Shown here piece by piece: positions 28,061 through 37,779 of a DNA stretch of 64,000 bases (within the stretch, counting starts at the first letter, position 1; each line of letters starts with the position of its first letter). The position numbers were made by a program, and so were the translations under genes. Location: contig CAVECL010000002.1 of NCBI GenBank assembly GCA_963614595.1, positions 5,689-69,688 of the forward strand. Direction: 5' to 3'. The notes beneath the pieces were generated by a model. It saw only the letters and a program-made list of their open reading frames with translations. It did no database searches and was not told the origin of the DNA. Source of the DNA: Parasutterella excrementihominis (GTDB lineage Bacteria; Bacillota_I; Bacilli_A; RFN20; CAG-826).

Positions 28061-29431
28061 TTAGGCCTTGAGGAAGGCTTTGTAGGCCAGATAGGCTTCG
28101 TAGACGTCCGCTTTGGAAACGATTTCCATTGGGGCGTGCATGGAGAGCACCGGGACGCCGGCATCGAGGACGTACATGTTGTAGTTCCCAAGGATGTAGG
28201 CGATCGTTCCTCCTCCGCCTTGATCGACTTTGCCGATCTCGGAGGTTTGGTAATAGACGTTGTTCTCATCCATCGCATTTCTTACGAAAGCGACGAATTC
28301 AGGCATCGCGTCATTGGAGCCGCTCTTGCCGCGAGACCCGGTGTATTTGTTGAACACCACGCCTTTCCCAAAGTAGCAGGAATTGTTCGGCTCATTGACG
28401 CTAGGATAAAGCGGGTCGACTGCGCCAGAGACGTCGCTAGAAAGCATTTTGCTGTTGCTCATTGCGTGGCGGGTGGCCAAATTGCTGTCTTTCCCTTGCT
28501 TAGCAAGCATCTCGGCGACCGTGTTCTCAAACCACATTGATTGAGCCCCCGTCGCCCCGATTGAGCCGACTTCTTCTTTGTCGACTAGCACCGCGATGGT
28601 CGTGTATTCGCATTCGCCTTGATCAAGGACTGCTTTGAAAGAGGTATAGGCGCAGACCCTGTCGTCGTGGCCGTAGCCGGCGATCATGGAGCGGTCTAAG
28701 CCGTAATCTCTCGCCGGTCCTGCGGGTACGGCAACAAGCTCGCTAGAGAGGAAATCCTCTTGCTCAATCCCGTACTTTGCCTTCAAAAGGGCGAGGATGT
28801 TTTCTTTCACTAGATGCTTTTTCTTGTCTTGGGTTTGGGCGGGAATGTTTCCGATGGAGAGGTCAAGGCTTTCGCCTTCGATTGCATTGGCCAAAGGCTT
28901 TTGCATCTGGTCAGCGGAGAGATGGATCAAGAGATCGGTGATGCCAAGGACGGGGTCGTTAGGGTCTTCGCCGATGGAGATTTTGACGCAGGTGCCATCT
29001 TTCTTGTAGACGACGCCATGAAGCGCCAAAGGAATGGTGACGTATTGATATTTCTTGATGCCACCATAGTAATGGGTCTCGAACATCGCGAAGCCGCCCT
29101 TTTCGTAAAGCGGATTTTGCTTGATGTCTAGACGTGGGGAATCGATGTGAGCCCCAAGGATTCTCGATCCTTCTTCGATTGGCTTTTTGCCAATGACGGC
29201 GCACAAGAAGTTCTTCCCTTTGTTGAGCGCGTAGACTTTGTCCCCGGGTTTTAGCTCTTTGAAGGTGCTGAGTTCTTTAAAACCTGCCTTTTCCGCCATA
29301 TCGATGGCTTCTTCAACGACAAGACGCTCCGTCTTGCCATAGCTTAAGAATTGTTTGTAGCCTTCGCAAAAGGCGAAAATAGCTTCTTTTTTCTCGTTGT
29401 TTGCGTCAGTCCAAATGTTTTTTGCGTACAT
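28061..29431 (-). CDS. M18 family aminopeptidase
   Basis: GAHIDSPRLDIKQNPLYE, the HGVVYKKDG... blocks, and the C-terminal GVPVLSMHAPMEI. I chose the ATG at 29431, which is preceded by AGGAGGA, over the upstream listed start. Confidence 0.85.
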   Translation of the reverse strand: MYAKNIWTDANNEKKEAIFAFCEGYKQFLSYGKTERLVVEEAIDMAEKAGFKELSTFKELKPGDKVYALNKGKNFLCAVIGKKPIEEGSRILGAHIDSPRLDIKQNPLYEKGGFAMFETHYYGGIKKYQYVTIPLALHGVVYKKDGTCVKISIGEDPNDPVLGITDLLIHLSADQMQKPLANAIEGESLDLSIGNIPAQTQDKKKHLVKENILALLKAKYGIEQEDFLSSELVAVPAGPARDYGLDRSMIAGYGHDDRVCAYTSFKAVLDQGECEYTTIAVLVDKEEVGSIGATGAQSMWFENTVAEMLAKQGKDSNLATRHAMSNSKMLSSDVSGAVDPLYPSVNEPNNSCYFGKGVVFNKYTGSRGKSGSNDAMPEFVAFVRNAMDENNVYYQTSEIGKVDQGGGGTIAYILGNYNMYVLDAGVPVLSMHAPMEIVSKADVYEAYLAYKAFLKA

Positions 29432-29577
29432 GCAACTGTCCTCCTGGTAAGAGAAAAGATACTCCTTGAATTCCTCAAAACAAGCCAAACGATGAGGAAA
29501 ATTGCCAAAGCGAGAAAATAAGCCTCATTTCTTAAGAAAGAAATGCCTTTTTCTCTCTTTTCAACCATAATAACCTT

Positions 29578-31176
29578 ATGGGCTATTTAGTGGATTACGT
29601 GAAATGGAGAGGCGAGATCACCATAGAGAATTCGCCTTTCAACGTTTTTGATTCCATGGTCATATCCGCGCTTAGCTACATTCGTTTCGAAGGCACGGTC
29701 ACAAGCGAAGAGGCTTTGCCTATAGTCGAGGCGGTCGCGCGAATCAGGAAAATCAAAGAGCCCGTGTTCGCTACCTGCGACTGGGCGATGCAAAAGAAAG
29801 CGTACAAAGAGCTTTTGGATGCGATTATTGAAAGCAAGCGCTTCTCTTCCCTGCTTCTCTCCCATTATGAGGACAATACCGACGAGAAAGACACGACGCA
29901 GTTCGGGGCGATGACATTTACTTTCCCTAACGGGGAGATTGCGCTTGGCTTCCGCGGGACGGACGAGACAATCGTTGGCTGGAAAGAGAATGCGCAGCTC
30001 TCTTTCATGAAGGCCAGCGCTCAAAAGAAAGCCGCCGAATACGCCCTTAGGCAAACCAAAGAGGGAAAACCGTTTTTTCTCTGCGGCCATTCAAAAGGCG
30101 GCAATCTTGCCTTATGCGGCGCCATCGCCTTAAGCGAAGAGGAACTTCCCCTACTGCAGCATCTTTATCTCCTTGACTCCCCGGGCCTTTGCCCTGAGGT
30201 CTTTGGAAAGGTGGACCTTTCGCCATTGGATGATAAAACAACGTTTATCGTTCCGGCCTATGACGTCGTAGGACAGTTCTTTCCCATGGGGTTCAAACAC
30301 ACCCATATCATTCAAAGCGACGCGATGGGCGTGCTGCAACACGCTTTCCTTGCCTGGAGGATCGACGGAGGCTCTTTCATTGAGAAGAAGGGTTATTCCC
30401 CGGAATGCGAATGGGTCAACAAAATGGTCCGCGATTGGTTGGTCGATGTCACTTTGGACGAAAGAAAGCAGTTTGTTGCCGATATTTTTGGCGCGATGAC
30501 GAAGCACGGCGAGAAGACCATTTGGGATTTAGGAAAGAACCCAACTAGGACGATGGACCGTCTCGTCCTCTCTTATATTGGTGCTGGCAGAAATGAGCGC
30601 AAAACCGTCGCAAAACTTGGATTTGCGGCGTTTTTCGGGGCTTCGTTTCGCGAAGTTATCCATCTGAAGAGCTTCCCTGAATTCCTCATTTCAAATCTTA
30701 CTCAAGCGATTGCTTTGATCACGGTTGGGCTTCTTCTTGCCTTGATGCCTGATTCTCTTCCATGGATTGTCGTCGCGATTGTTTCGGCTTTGCTGGTGCT
30801 GACTTGGGTCGTCGCGATTTATTACCTCGTCAAATCAAAAGGCGATTGGCGACTGTATCAGTTGCGCATCGCCGTGGTCGTGATGGCCTCTCTTGCCTAT
30901 GCGGGCTTGGCGGTTCTTGGATATAACGTGATCAACAGCCTATTCACTTGGGCGGCAGGGATGCTCTTTTTGTTCTTGGCCGTTATTATTGGCATTTCCT
31001 TGCGTCAAACGGACGGGAAACGAATTTATCGGCGCGTCGTGAATTTCATCGAAGTTACCCTGTACACGTTGATCGGCATGTTTTTGCTTTTCGCGCCTCA
31101 AAGCATTTTAGGTTATGGCATCTTCGTGACGGGAATCGTCATGATGGTAGACGGCATCTATAAATTAATCCGTTAA
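29578..31176 (+). CDS. Mbeg1-like (DUF2974) alpha/beta-hydrolase domain protein with a C-terminal multi-TM region
   Basis: Lipase-like nucleophile elbow FFLCGHSKGGNLALCGA. The last ~190 aa form 5-6 hydrophobic helices. Confidence 0.7.
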   Translation: MGYLVDYVKWRGEITIENSPFNVFDSMVISALSYIRFEGTVTSEEALPIVEAVARIRKIKEPVFATCDWAMQKKAYKELLDAIIESKRFSSLLLSHYEDNTDEKDTTQFGAMTFTFPNGEIALGFRGTDETIVGWKENAQLSFMKASAQKKAAEYALRQTKEGKPFFLCGHSKGGNLALCGAIALSEEELPLLQHLYLLDSPGLCPEVFGKVDLSPLDDKTTFIVPAYDVVGQFFPMGFKHTHIIQSDAMGVLQHAFLAWRIDGGSFIEKKGYSPECEWVNKMVRDWLVDVTLDERKQFVADIFGAMTKHGEKTIWDLGKNPTRTMDRLVLSYIGAGRNERKTVAKLGFAAFFGASFREVIHLKSFPEFLISNLTQAIALITVGLLLALMPDSLPWIVVAIVSALLVLTWVVAIYYLVKSKGDWRLYQLRIAVVVMASLAYAGLAVLGYNVINSLFTWAAGMLFLFLAVIIGISLRQTDGKRIYRRVVNFIEVTLYTLIGMFLLFAPQSILGYGIFVTGIVMMVDGIYKLIR

Positions 31177-31871
31177 TGCTTTTCTAGGAATGTTTTTAAG
31201 CTCTTGTACAAGAGCAACGATAGAGCGATGACAAACGTATCTTTCATCGCGTTGAAAGGCAAAACCGCGAATAAAGCATAGCCCCATTCCAAATTCCTTA
31301 TCGCGGGATTCGCGGCTTGGCAAATCGCAAGCAAGGAATCCAAAGGAATGCCATACAAAGAGGAATAGAAAGGAACGAGGGCATAGACATTTAAAACCAT
31401 TGCCATAATGAGTTGCAGCGGCGTCGAAATCACTAGGCCAAGAAGGAGCGCCTTCCAATTTTTCTTCCCTTTGTAGATGAAGCAAACAGGAAGAATGAAG
31501 AAGAGCGACAAAGCTAAATCCGCCCATTCTCCAACGCTTGCTGTTGTGGTGAATGGGAGCTTTATGAGGGTTTTGCAAAGCAATGTGAGGAAAGCGCACC
31601 AAGGCCCCTCGGCCAGCCCAACGATCAATACGGGGACTTCGTCAAAATGAAGGGTGAGAAATTCTGGGAAGAAAGGCAACCTGATTGTGAATATCGGCAC
31701 GACATATAAAAGGGCGGACAAAGCTCCAAAAACGCCAGCTTTTGCAATTGAAGAAACGCTCTTCCTATTGTTTTCCCCTTTGTTCGTTTCCTTGAAGTAG
31801 AGGCGGCAAGCAAAAGAAGAGACTAAGAGAATCGCGGCAATCGTTAGGGCTTTTACGAAGGTCTCGTTCAT
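31173..31871 (-). CDS. ECF transporter substrate-specific (S) component, substrate unknown
   Basis: A small 6-TM protein of ECF_trnsp type (...GVFGALSALLYV..., LTLHFDEVPVLIVG...). It starts 4 nt after the upstream GGDEF gene. Confidence 0.6.
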   Translation of the reverse strand: MNETFVKALTIAAILLVSSFACRLYFKETNKGENNRKSVSSIAKAGVFGALSALLYVVPIFTIRLPFFPEFLTLHFDEVPVLIVGLAEGPWCAFLTLLCKTLIKLPFTTTASVGEWADLALSLFFILPVCFIYKGKKNWKALLLGLVISTPLQLIMAMVLNVYALVPFYSSLYGIPLDSLLAICQAANPAIRNLEWGYALFAVLPFNAMKDTFVIALSLLLYKSLKTFLEKH

Positions 31872-31875
31872 GAAG

Positions 31876-33627
31876 TTATTTTTCTAAGAGAACCCCGTAA
31901 CGAACCGAAGAGGGCAAACCATGTTTGGCCGTTATCAGCAGGTTGACCTTTTTCCCTGAATTAAGCGTTAAAAGAGCGGTTTTCTCGTTATTTTGGGCAT
32001 CCCTAAGAAGAGCTTTTAAAACATCGCTTTCTTCAAATAAGGAATACACGCCCCTTGCGTTTTTAGAAGCCAAGTCCAAAAGATTGTCATATCCAAGCAA
32101 CGTTAAGCACAGGGAGTTCGCGTAATAGATTTCTCCACGATTGCCAAAGAGGAAAAACGGAACGGGAAGATTGTCGGCGATTGAATGAAAGTTGAGCCCC
32201 AGAGCTGTTTTGTCCAAATTGTCGAAACCCTTTTGATATTGAAGGCTTTGCCCTTTTCCAAAGAGCTTCGCAGCATAACAGGCTTTATCCGCGCATAGGA
32301 GTAAGGATGTGTAATCTTTTGCCTGGCTCGGATATTCCACATATCCCACGGATACCGCAACATTCACTTCGCCTTTTCCGGTGCTAAAGCAATGCCTAGA
32401 AGAAGCGAACTTGGTGAAGGCCTCTTGAACGGAAGAGGCGGTTTGTCTAGGTAATAAAAGCGAAATCTCATCGCCGCCAAATCGGCCAATGATGGCATCT
32501 TCCCCAAAGAAGTCTTTGATGCCGGCGGACAGCGTCTGCAAAGCGGTGTCTCCGATTTGATGGCCATAGAGATCGTTGATGTTCTTAAAGTCGTCAATGT
32601 CGATGAGGCCCAAGACGCATGGATCCTCCGGATTCGCTTCAAAGTAATTTTTTACGGCCTCTTCGTAGCCATAACGATTCAGCAAACCGGTCAGTTGATC
32701 TCGCCTAGCGCGGTAACGAAGTTCCTTAAGCAAAAGCGTGTTAGCCCACTTAAACGTCATGAAATAACACGAGTTCTGCAGGATTTTCTTTGCAGTTTCT
32801 TCTTTTTGGATAGGGTAATCGTCCGCGCATAAGCAAGCGGCAAGGCGCCCCTCGTTAATAAACGGGAAGGCCATGTGGGTCTTCACCCCGAAAGACAGAA
32901 AAGTTTTGGAAGCCTCGTCCCCTTCTTCTGCTTTTTTCTCATCCAAGATAAGAGGTTCCCCCATTTTCTTCGCGCGGGGGAGAAGCGCGGTTATGGCCTC
33001 TGAGGTGGGCGGTATTGGATCGGGGAGGTCTTCGCTTTCTTTGTATTGGGCAATAATCGCTTTCTCTTTGCCTAGTTTCACAAAGAAAACGCGCTTGGCG
33101 CTGATTTTTTGAGCGATTGCTTTGAGCAAAGAAGAAAGAGAATCCTCATCCATTGCGCTCGCGGAGATTTTTTGAGCGAGTTCGAGATTTGCTTCATTAA
33201 CGAGCTTCTCGTGCCTCAATGTTCTGAATTCTTCTTCTTGGACGTCGGCGTTTATGTACATTACGGCGAAGAAATCTGGGTCATGGGTGGGCGACACGAT
33301 GTAATTGACGTATCCGCCTAAAGGGGCATAAAAGCAAGAGCCTTTAATCGCCTCTTTGCTTGTTTCGATGGTCGCGATGTAACTAAGCCAAGTTTCTTTT
33401 GCTTTTTGGCTATGGACCTCGCTGATGTCCTTGCCAAGGAACTCTTTTTCGCCGCGCATCGAAAGCTCGCAGAAACGCTCGTTCACATAGGCGTAGGAGA
33501 CCTTTTTTATCGTTCCGTTTTCTCTAGTTACTTCCATTAAAGCGAACGCCACGGGCAAATGAGAAAAGAGCTCAGGGTTGACGGATAAGCTTTTTTTCTC
33601 TGCTTCGGCAATTTTCATAGGAACCAA
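31876..33627 (-). CDS. Cytoplasmic diguanylate cyclase with N-terminal PAS/GAF-like sensor regions and an extra C-terminal PAS-like segment
   Basis: GGDEF domain (DQLTGLLNRYGYEE..., IDIDDFKNINDLYGHQIGDTAL, GRFGGDEISLLL). The signature reads GGDEI. About 110 aa follow the cyclase domain. Confidence 0.85.
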   Translation of the reverse strand: MVPMKIAEAEKKSLSVNPELFSHLPVAFALMEVTRENGTIKKVSYAYVNERFCELSMRGEKEFLGKDISEVHSQKAKETWLSYIATIETSKEAIKGSCFYAPLGGYVNYIVSPTHDPDFFAVMYINADVQEEEFRTLRHEKLVNEANLELAQKISASAMDEDSLSSLLKAIAQKISAKRVFFVKLGKEKAIIAQYKESEDLPDPIPPTSEAITALLPRAKKMGEPLILDEKKAEEGDEASKTFLSFGVKTHMAFPFINEGRLAACLCADDYPIQKEETAKKILQNSCYFMTFKWANTLLLKELRYRARRDQLTGLLNRYGYEEAVKNYFEANPEDPCVLGLIDIDDFKNINDLYGHQIGDTALQTLSAGIKDFFGEDAIIGRFGGDEISLLLPRQTASSVQEAFTKFASSRHCFSTGKGEVNVAVSVGYVEYPSQAKDYTSLLLCADKACYAAKLFGKGQSLQYQKGFDNLDKTALGLNFHSIADNLPVPFFLFGNRGEIYYANSLCLTLLGYDNLLDLASKNARGVYSLFEESDVLKALLRDAQNNEKTALLTLNSGKKVNLLITAKHGLPSSVRYGVLLEK

Positions 33628-33710
33628 CGAAAGTTTTTACACTCACTTTGGATGCTTTTCAAGCGGAATGCTCAAACTCCTTTCCTTAGAAAGACGAATT
33701 TGCCTAGCGC

Positions 33711-34679
33711 CTATTCATGGCGAAGGGCGTCGACGAATTCCTGAACGGATTTGTCGTAAAGCTCAGGATTGACGATGCGAAGGTGGCTGTGGGCGCCATG
33801 AGGAAACATGACGAGTTTCTTGGGGGTGGCTTCGGGGATTTTGGAATAAAGGAGCCTGGTTTTTTCCGGCAAGGAATAGATATCCTCTTCCGAGGCCATC
33901 ATGAGGGTTTGAATTTGAATTTCGCCCATATGAAATAGGGGCCCGTCCTTTTTGATGTCGTAGCCATAGAGCTTTTTGATGCGGTGACGGAAGTAAGCGA
34001 CGCAGGTAAGCGGATTGATCTTCGCGTTTTTCCTGACCCTTAGTTTCAAAGTTTCATAAAGGCTCACATATAGACCGTCAGTCACCAAGCCAACTATCGC
34101 GGATGGTTTATTCGGATCCGTCGCGGCGTGGACGCAAGAGCTGGAACCCACACAGATTCCATGAAGAATGACTTTTTCGATCCCTTTCTTGCTCGTCAGC
34201 CAATGGACGAAAGCAAAGATGTCAAGACGTTCCATGTATCCGCAGCCATGGGTTTCACCATCGCTTTTTCCGTGCGCCCTTGTATCCACCACTAAAACGT
34301 TCACGCCCGCTTTGCGATAGCTTTCCGCATAGAAAAGCGAATAGACGAGCGTTTCGGGGCGCCCTGGCATGATGATGACGGCTTCTTTGCTTTTGAAATC
34401 GTAATACTCGCCATAGAGATTCAAACCATCCTCGGTCAGAACGTGGACCTCCGAGCAATGTTTCCGGTTCGAGGCTTGGAAGTCTTTGGCTAGACTCCAC
34501 ATCCTCAGCATCTCTTCGTTTTTGGAGTCGCTTGGAACGTCCCTGCTCCACTTCTCTTTCTTTTTCCTTTTGAAAAGGGAATCGAAAATGGGGATGGGCA
34601 CGATGAAGAACATGCCAAACAAAGGCATTGCAACGAGAACGAGAACAAGTCCGAGAATTAGATAGAACCACCAAGGCAT
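33711..34679 (-). CDS. Membrane-anchored alpha/beta hydrolase (COG1073-like) with Cys at the nucleophile elbow
   Basis: N-terminal TM helix. Core AVIIMPGRPE...VVDTRAHGKSDG...KVILHGICVGSSS, where G-I-C-V-G replaces G-x-S-x-G. Confidence 0.7.
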   Translation of the reverse strand: MPWWFYLILGLVLVLVAMPLFGMFFIVPIPIFDSLFKRKKKEKWSRDVPSDSKNEEMLRMWSLAKDFQASNRKHCSEVHVLTEDGLNLYGEYYDFKSKEAVIIMPGRPETLVYSLFYAESYRKAGVNVLVVDTRAHGKSDGETHGCGYMERLDIFAFVHWLTSKKGIEKVILHGICVGSSSCVHAATDPNKPSAIVGLVTDGLYVSLYETLKLRVRKNAKINPLTCVAYFRHRIKKLYGYDIKKDGPLFHMGEIQIQTLMMASEEDIYSLPEKTRLLYSKIPEATPKKLVMFPHGAHSHLRIVNPELYDKSVQEFVDALRHE

Positions 34680-34806
34680 GGCGATATTCTAAACTCTTCA
34701 TTTCCTTAAGCATAGAAGCAGGCTTTTCCCCATAGGGGAATGGTTTGCCTTCTTTCTTGTTTTTAGTTCTAGTAGAATGGTGCCCGTTAAAAGGAATTAA
34801 GAAAAC

Positions 34807-35745
34807 ATGAACCCAAAATTTGCCCTCGTAACCGATTTCGGTTGCGCGCTTACCAAAGACCTACGCGATCGCTTCCAAATCGATGCTCATATTGATGGAA
34901 ACGTCACTTACCCTGATGGTCGCACGGTCAAATCTGACCTTGATTGGACGACGATGACGCCGGAGCAATATTTCAACTCGTTTAAAGACAAGAAATTCAT
35001 CCTTAAGACCAGCTGCCCGAACGTTGATGAGATCGCAGCAATGTTTTTGCCTTTCGCGAAAGACGGTCGCGACATTTTGATGGTCACGATTTCTTCCGGC
35101 TTAAGCGGAACCTACAATTTTGCCCTCAAAGCTGCGGAAAAGGTGATGAGCGAATACCCTGGAGTCAAAGTCCGCATCGTGGACTCCCTTCGTTATAGCA
35201 CTGCCCAAGGCATGCTCCTTTCCTACGCTTCAAAGCTCAGAGAAGAAGGAAAGAACTGTGACGAAGTCGCGGATTGGCTTGAAGAAAACAAACAATGCTT
35301 CCACCAGATCGGCATCATGGACGACCTTTTCTTCCTCTCTCGCACGGGCCGCATCAACAAGGCGGCGGCATTCATGGGGTCGTTAGTCGGCGTTGAGCCA
35401 ATGGCGGATTTCTCTTCCAATGGCCTTTGCACGGTAATCGGCAAAGGAAAAGGAAAGAGAAAGAGCCTCGATGCGGCGGTCGCTTATTTGCAGAAACTCG
35501 CCATCAACCCCAAGGATCAAGTTCTCTTTGTGGCTCATTCGCTCCGCGAAAAGGAGACTGAGTATTTCAAGAAGACCATCGAAGAAAAAGTCGGGCCGAA
35601 AGAGGTCATCGTTTCTTCCGTTGATATGGTTTGCGGCGCCAACATTGGCCCAGGCCTAGTCGCCGTGTTCTTCTACGGGCAAAAAATCACCGACGACCTG
35701 TCCATGGAAAAAGCCGTCCTCGCCGATTGCTTTCAAGGAAAATAA
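34807..35745 (+). CDS. fakB: DegV family fatty-acid-binding protein (FakB-type)
   Basis: ISSGLSGTYNFALKAA and the overall DegV pattern. It lies directly upstream of the DAK2 kinase gene. Confidence 0.85.
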   Translation: MNPKFALVTDFGCALTKDLRDRFQIDAHIDGNVTYPDGRTVKSDLDWTTMTPEQYFNSFKDKKFILKTSCPNVDEIAAMFLPFAKDGRDILMVTISSGLSGTYNFALKAAEKVMSEYPGVKVRIVDSLRYSTAQGMLLSYASKLREEGKNCDEVADWLEENKQCFHQIGIMDDLFFLSRTGRINKAAAFMGSLVGVEPMADFSSNGLCTVIGKGKGKRKSLDAAVAYLQKLAINPKDQVLFVAHSLREKETEYFKKTIEEKVGPKEVIVSSVDMVCGANIGPGLVAVFFYGQKITDDLSMEKAVLADCFQGK

Positions 35746-35748
35746 GGA

Positions 35749-37419
35749 ATGCCGAATCTCGACGCTGCGCTATTCAGGTCGATGATGGTCAATGGCTATC
35801 TCGGTTTGAAGAGCCACCTTAACGAAGTAAACGACCTGAATGTTTTCCCTGTCCCCGACGGAGACACGGGATCGAACATGGGCGGCACGATGAACGGGGG
35901 CATCCTCGCTCTTTCGAATTCCAAGAGCCATTCAGTCGGCGAACTTTCCTCTGAGATGGCAAAGGGGATGCTGCTGAGCGCAAGAGGCAATTCCGGCGTT
36001 ATCCTTTCCCAATTCTTTGCTGGTTTTGCCAAAGGCTTAGCAGGCATTGAAGAGCCTAGCGTGGAGCAATTTGCTGAGGCGATGCTCCGTGGTGTGCAAG
36101 AAGCTTATTCGATTGTCGTGAAACCCGTCGAAGGGACGATCCTCACCGTGATGAGAGAAGGCTGCGAGGAGGCTGGGAAGCACTTAAACAGCCACACCTC
36201 CTTCGCGGATTATTTCGCATCTTTGATCTCTGCGATGAGAACAAGCTTAGACAAAACCCCGGACTTGCTCCCGATTCTAAAAGAAGCCGGCGTAATTGAT
36301 TCCGGCGGCGCGGGGCTTGTTTACATCGTGGAAGGCATGGGGCAAGCAATCGGAGGCAAAATCATTGAAAACGTGTCTCTTGATTTATCTTCTTCCACTC
36401 AGCAAAGCGTTGACGTTTCCGCGTTTACTCCGGACACCCCTTTGGATTATGGCTATTGCACGGAGTTCATCTTGCAGCTTAGCAATCTCAAGGGTGGGGT
36501 GGAGAAATTCAAGCTTGAAGATCTCATTTCCTATTTCAATACCCTTGGCGATTCGCTCGTCGCGTTTGCGCAAGGCACATTGGTCAAAGTCCACGTTCAT
36601 ACAAAAACGCCAGAAAAAGCGATCGCTTATGCCCGCCAATTCGGCGAATTCTTGACCTTCAAGATGGAGAACATGACCTTGCAGCATAACGAGGCTTCCA
36701 TCGAAAAATCTCGTCACCGTGGCTTTGCGAGCAAACCTTTGCAGACCAAAAAGAAGCTAGGGATCGTCGCCGTAGCTCCCAGCACCACTCTTGCGGCGCG
36801 TTTTAAAGAATACGGCGTCGATCAAGTGATTTTGGGGGGCGATACGATGAACGTATCCGCTCAGGCATTCATTGATGCAATCAAAAAAGCCAACGCCGAA
36901 GAAGTCATTGTTTTGCCCAACAGCAAGAATGAGACCATGGTCGCTGAGCAAGCCTGCTCGACATTTAGCGATATCAAAGCGGTTGTCTGCAAAACAGAAG
37001 ATGTCGCGGTTGGAATGGGCGTCGCCTCCGTAATGGATAAGGCGAACCTTTCGCTTGAAGAGAACCTAGAGTACGCCAAAAACGAAATCGAAAACTGCAT
37101 TTCTTTGAAGATTGGGCAGACTTCGAAAACGTTTGTCCTAGACGGCAAGGAAGTTGCTCCTGGCGGATATTTGGCATTCATCAACGGCAAGCCCGTTTAC
37201 TACAATGATGATTTCGAAGGGGCTTTTGCGGGCTTATTGGAAAAAATAGAGGGTTTTGATGAGAAAACCGTGCTGACGATGTTCTTCGCGGACAATATTG
37301 CCGAGGAAACCCGTTCCGCCTGCGAGAGCATCGCCCAAGAAAAATCGGATGGCTTCCTTGAGACCTATTCGCTTCCTGGCGGCCAGAAGATTTACCAGTT
37401 GATTGCTTTGTTGGAGTAA
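35749..37419 (+). CDS. fakA: DAK2-domain protein, fatty acid kinase subunit FakA / YloV family
   Basis: The N-terminal Dak2 motif FPVPDGDTGSNM and a length of 556 aa are typical of FakA/YloV. Confidence 0.85.
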   Translation: MPNLDAALFRSMMVNGYLGLKSHLNEVNDLNVFPVPDGDTGSNMGGTMNGGILALSNSKSHSVGELSSEMAKGMLLSARGNSGVILSQFFAGFAKGLAGIEEPSVEQFAEAMLRGVQEAYSIVVKPVEGTILTVMREGCEEAGKHLNSHTSFADYFASLISAMRTSLDKTPDLLPILKEAGVIDSGGAGLVYIVEGMGQAIGGKIIENVSLDLSSSTQQSVDVSAFTPDTPLDYGYCTEFILQLSNLKGGVEKFKLEDLISYFNTLGDSLVAFAQGTLVKVHVHTKTPEKAIAYARQFGEFLTFKMENMTLQHNEASIEKSRHRGFASKPLQTKKKLGIVAVAPSTTLAARFKEYGVDQVILGGDTMNVSAQAFIDAIKKANAEEVIVLPNSKNETMVAEQACSTFSDIKAVVCKTEDVAVGMGVASVMDKANLSLEENLEYAKNEIENCISLKIGQTSKTFVLDGKEVAPGGYLAFINGKPVYYNDDFEGAFAGLLEKIEGFDEKTVLTMFFADNIAEETRSACESIAQEKSDGFLETYSLPGGQKIYQLIALLE

Positions 37420-37422
37420 GAC

Positions 37423-37776
37423 ATGGAAGAACAAGAGATCATCGAGGTTGAGGCAATCGACAAATCGATCCACGATGCCCAACCGAATGAAAAGCCGAAG
37501 AAAGCCAAGTATCAATACGGCAGGCGGATTGAGAAATTCACGAAAATCGATTGGCTTTGTCTGCGCTTCTTTTTCCCGTTCTTTTTGATTGGGGCTCTTG
37601 GGTCGTGGGCGCTTTGGATTGGCTATTTTCAGCATCCTGAGAACATTTTCTTCTTAATCTTTTTGATTTTGGCGTTGGTTATCTTCGGCTTTTCCGTTTT
37701 GATGTTCGCTTCCCATTTCCTTTGGAAGGCATTAATCAATTCTTGGAAGAAAAAAGATCCGAATTATGAGGGATAA
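37423..37776 (+). CDS. Small two-TM membrane protein, unknown function
   Basis: Two hydrophobic helices (LCLRFFFPFFLIGALGSWALWIGYF; FFLIFLILALVIFGFSVLMFA). Packed tightly, 3 nt after fakA and 3 nt before the ABC ATPase. Confidence 0.5.
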   Translation: MEEQEIIEVEAIDKSIHDAQPNEKPKKAKYQYGRRIEKFTKIDWLCLRFFFPFFLIGALGSWALWIGYFQHPENIFFLIFLILALVIFGFSVLMFASHFLWKALINSWKKKDPNYEG

Positions 37777-37779
37777 GCT

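Noticed and set aside
28046-28540. A 164-aa plus-strand ORF.
   Set aside because: It is antisense to the M18 aminopeptidase gene, so this is a shadow ORF.
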